Source: a virus | Lineage: Duplodnaviria; Caudoviricetes | Reading direction: 5' to 3' (one strand) | DNA: 52,698 bases | IMG/VR virus record: IMGVR_UViG_3300025102_000043 | Span: 1 to 52,698 of that record | In this document: positions 52,640-52,698 of the stretch, in pieces | Layout: every line of letters starts with the position of its first letter | How positions within the stretch are numbered: position 1 is the first letter of the stretch | Notes under the pieces: model-generated | Databases searched by the model: none | Told to the model about the DNA's origin: nothing | What the model saw: the letters and a program-made list of their open reading frames with translations, nothing else | Program-made: the position numbers and the translations under genes

Positions 52640-52659
52640 GGGGGTTGAAATATACCCCC
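52640..52659 (+). other. GGGGGT-TGAAATAT-ACCCCC hairpin
   Basis: Same stem as the 52070 hairpin. Confidence 0.6.
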
Positions 52660-52698
52660 TTAATTCTAAAAAAATCACTATGAGTAATGAGTAAGCAA

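Noticed and set aside
1-52698. Stop-codon reassignment as seen in some crAss-like phages
   Set aside because: Genes are long, intact and densely packed under the standard code

Overview
This window is part of an AT-rich tailed dsDNA phage genome, standard genetic code, with a podovirus-type morphogenesis module related to Crassvirales and marine Flavobacteriia phages. Bacteroidota host signals are TAnnTTTG promoters, A-rich start regions without Shine-Dalgarno sequences and Gln directly after signal peptides. Minus strand 1-42089: small HNH/Zn genes, a DUF5675 peptidase, three ejection-type proteins (including a 3250-aa multi-domain protein), tail ring and muzzle genes, major capsid, scaffold-like protein, portal, TerL, tandem GroES, DUF1599, a fibre and two basic repetitive proteins. 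Plus strand 42173-50267: fibre-like genes, an outer-membrane beta-barrel, a probable T9SS cargo protein, SNase, a holin-like gene and a third basic repetitive protein. An 857-bp non-coding region then precedes early genes starting with ardC. Most notable: (1) about 27 [YFMW]xxGG motifs divide four probable virion-cargo proteins into modules, suggesting polyprotein cleavage or capsid-docking signals; (2) a 28-bp dif-like XerCD site is flanked on each side by two AGAA-N6-TTCT boxes; (3) a perfect 9-1-9 Fur-box-like palindrome lies upstream of the early promoters; (4) the phage encodes secreted envelope proteins; (5) a candidate ~65-nt antisense sRNA. All family assignments are motif recognition by eye; no searches were run.
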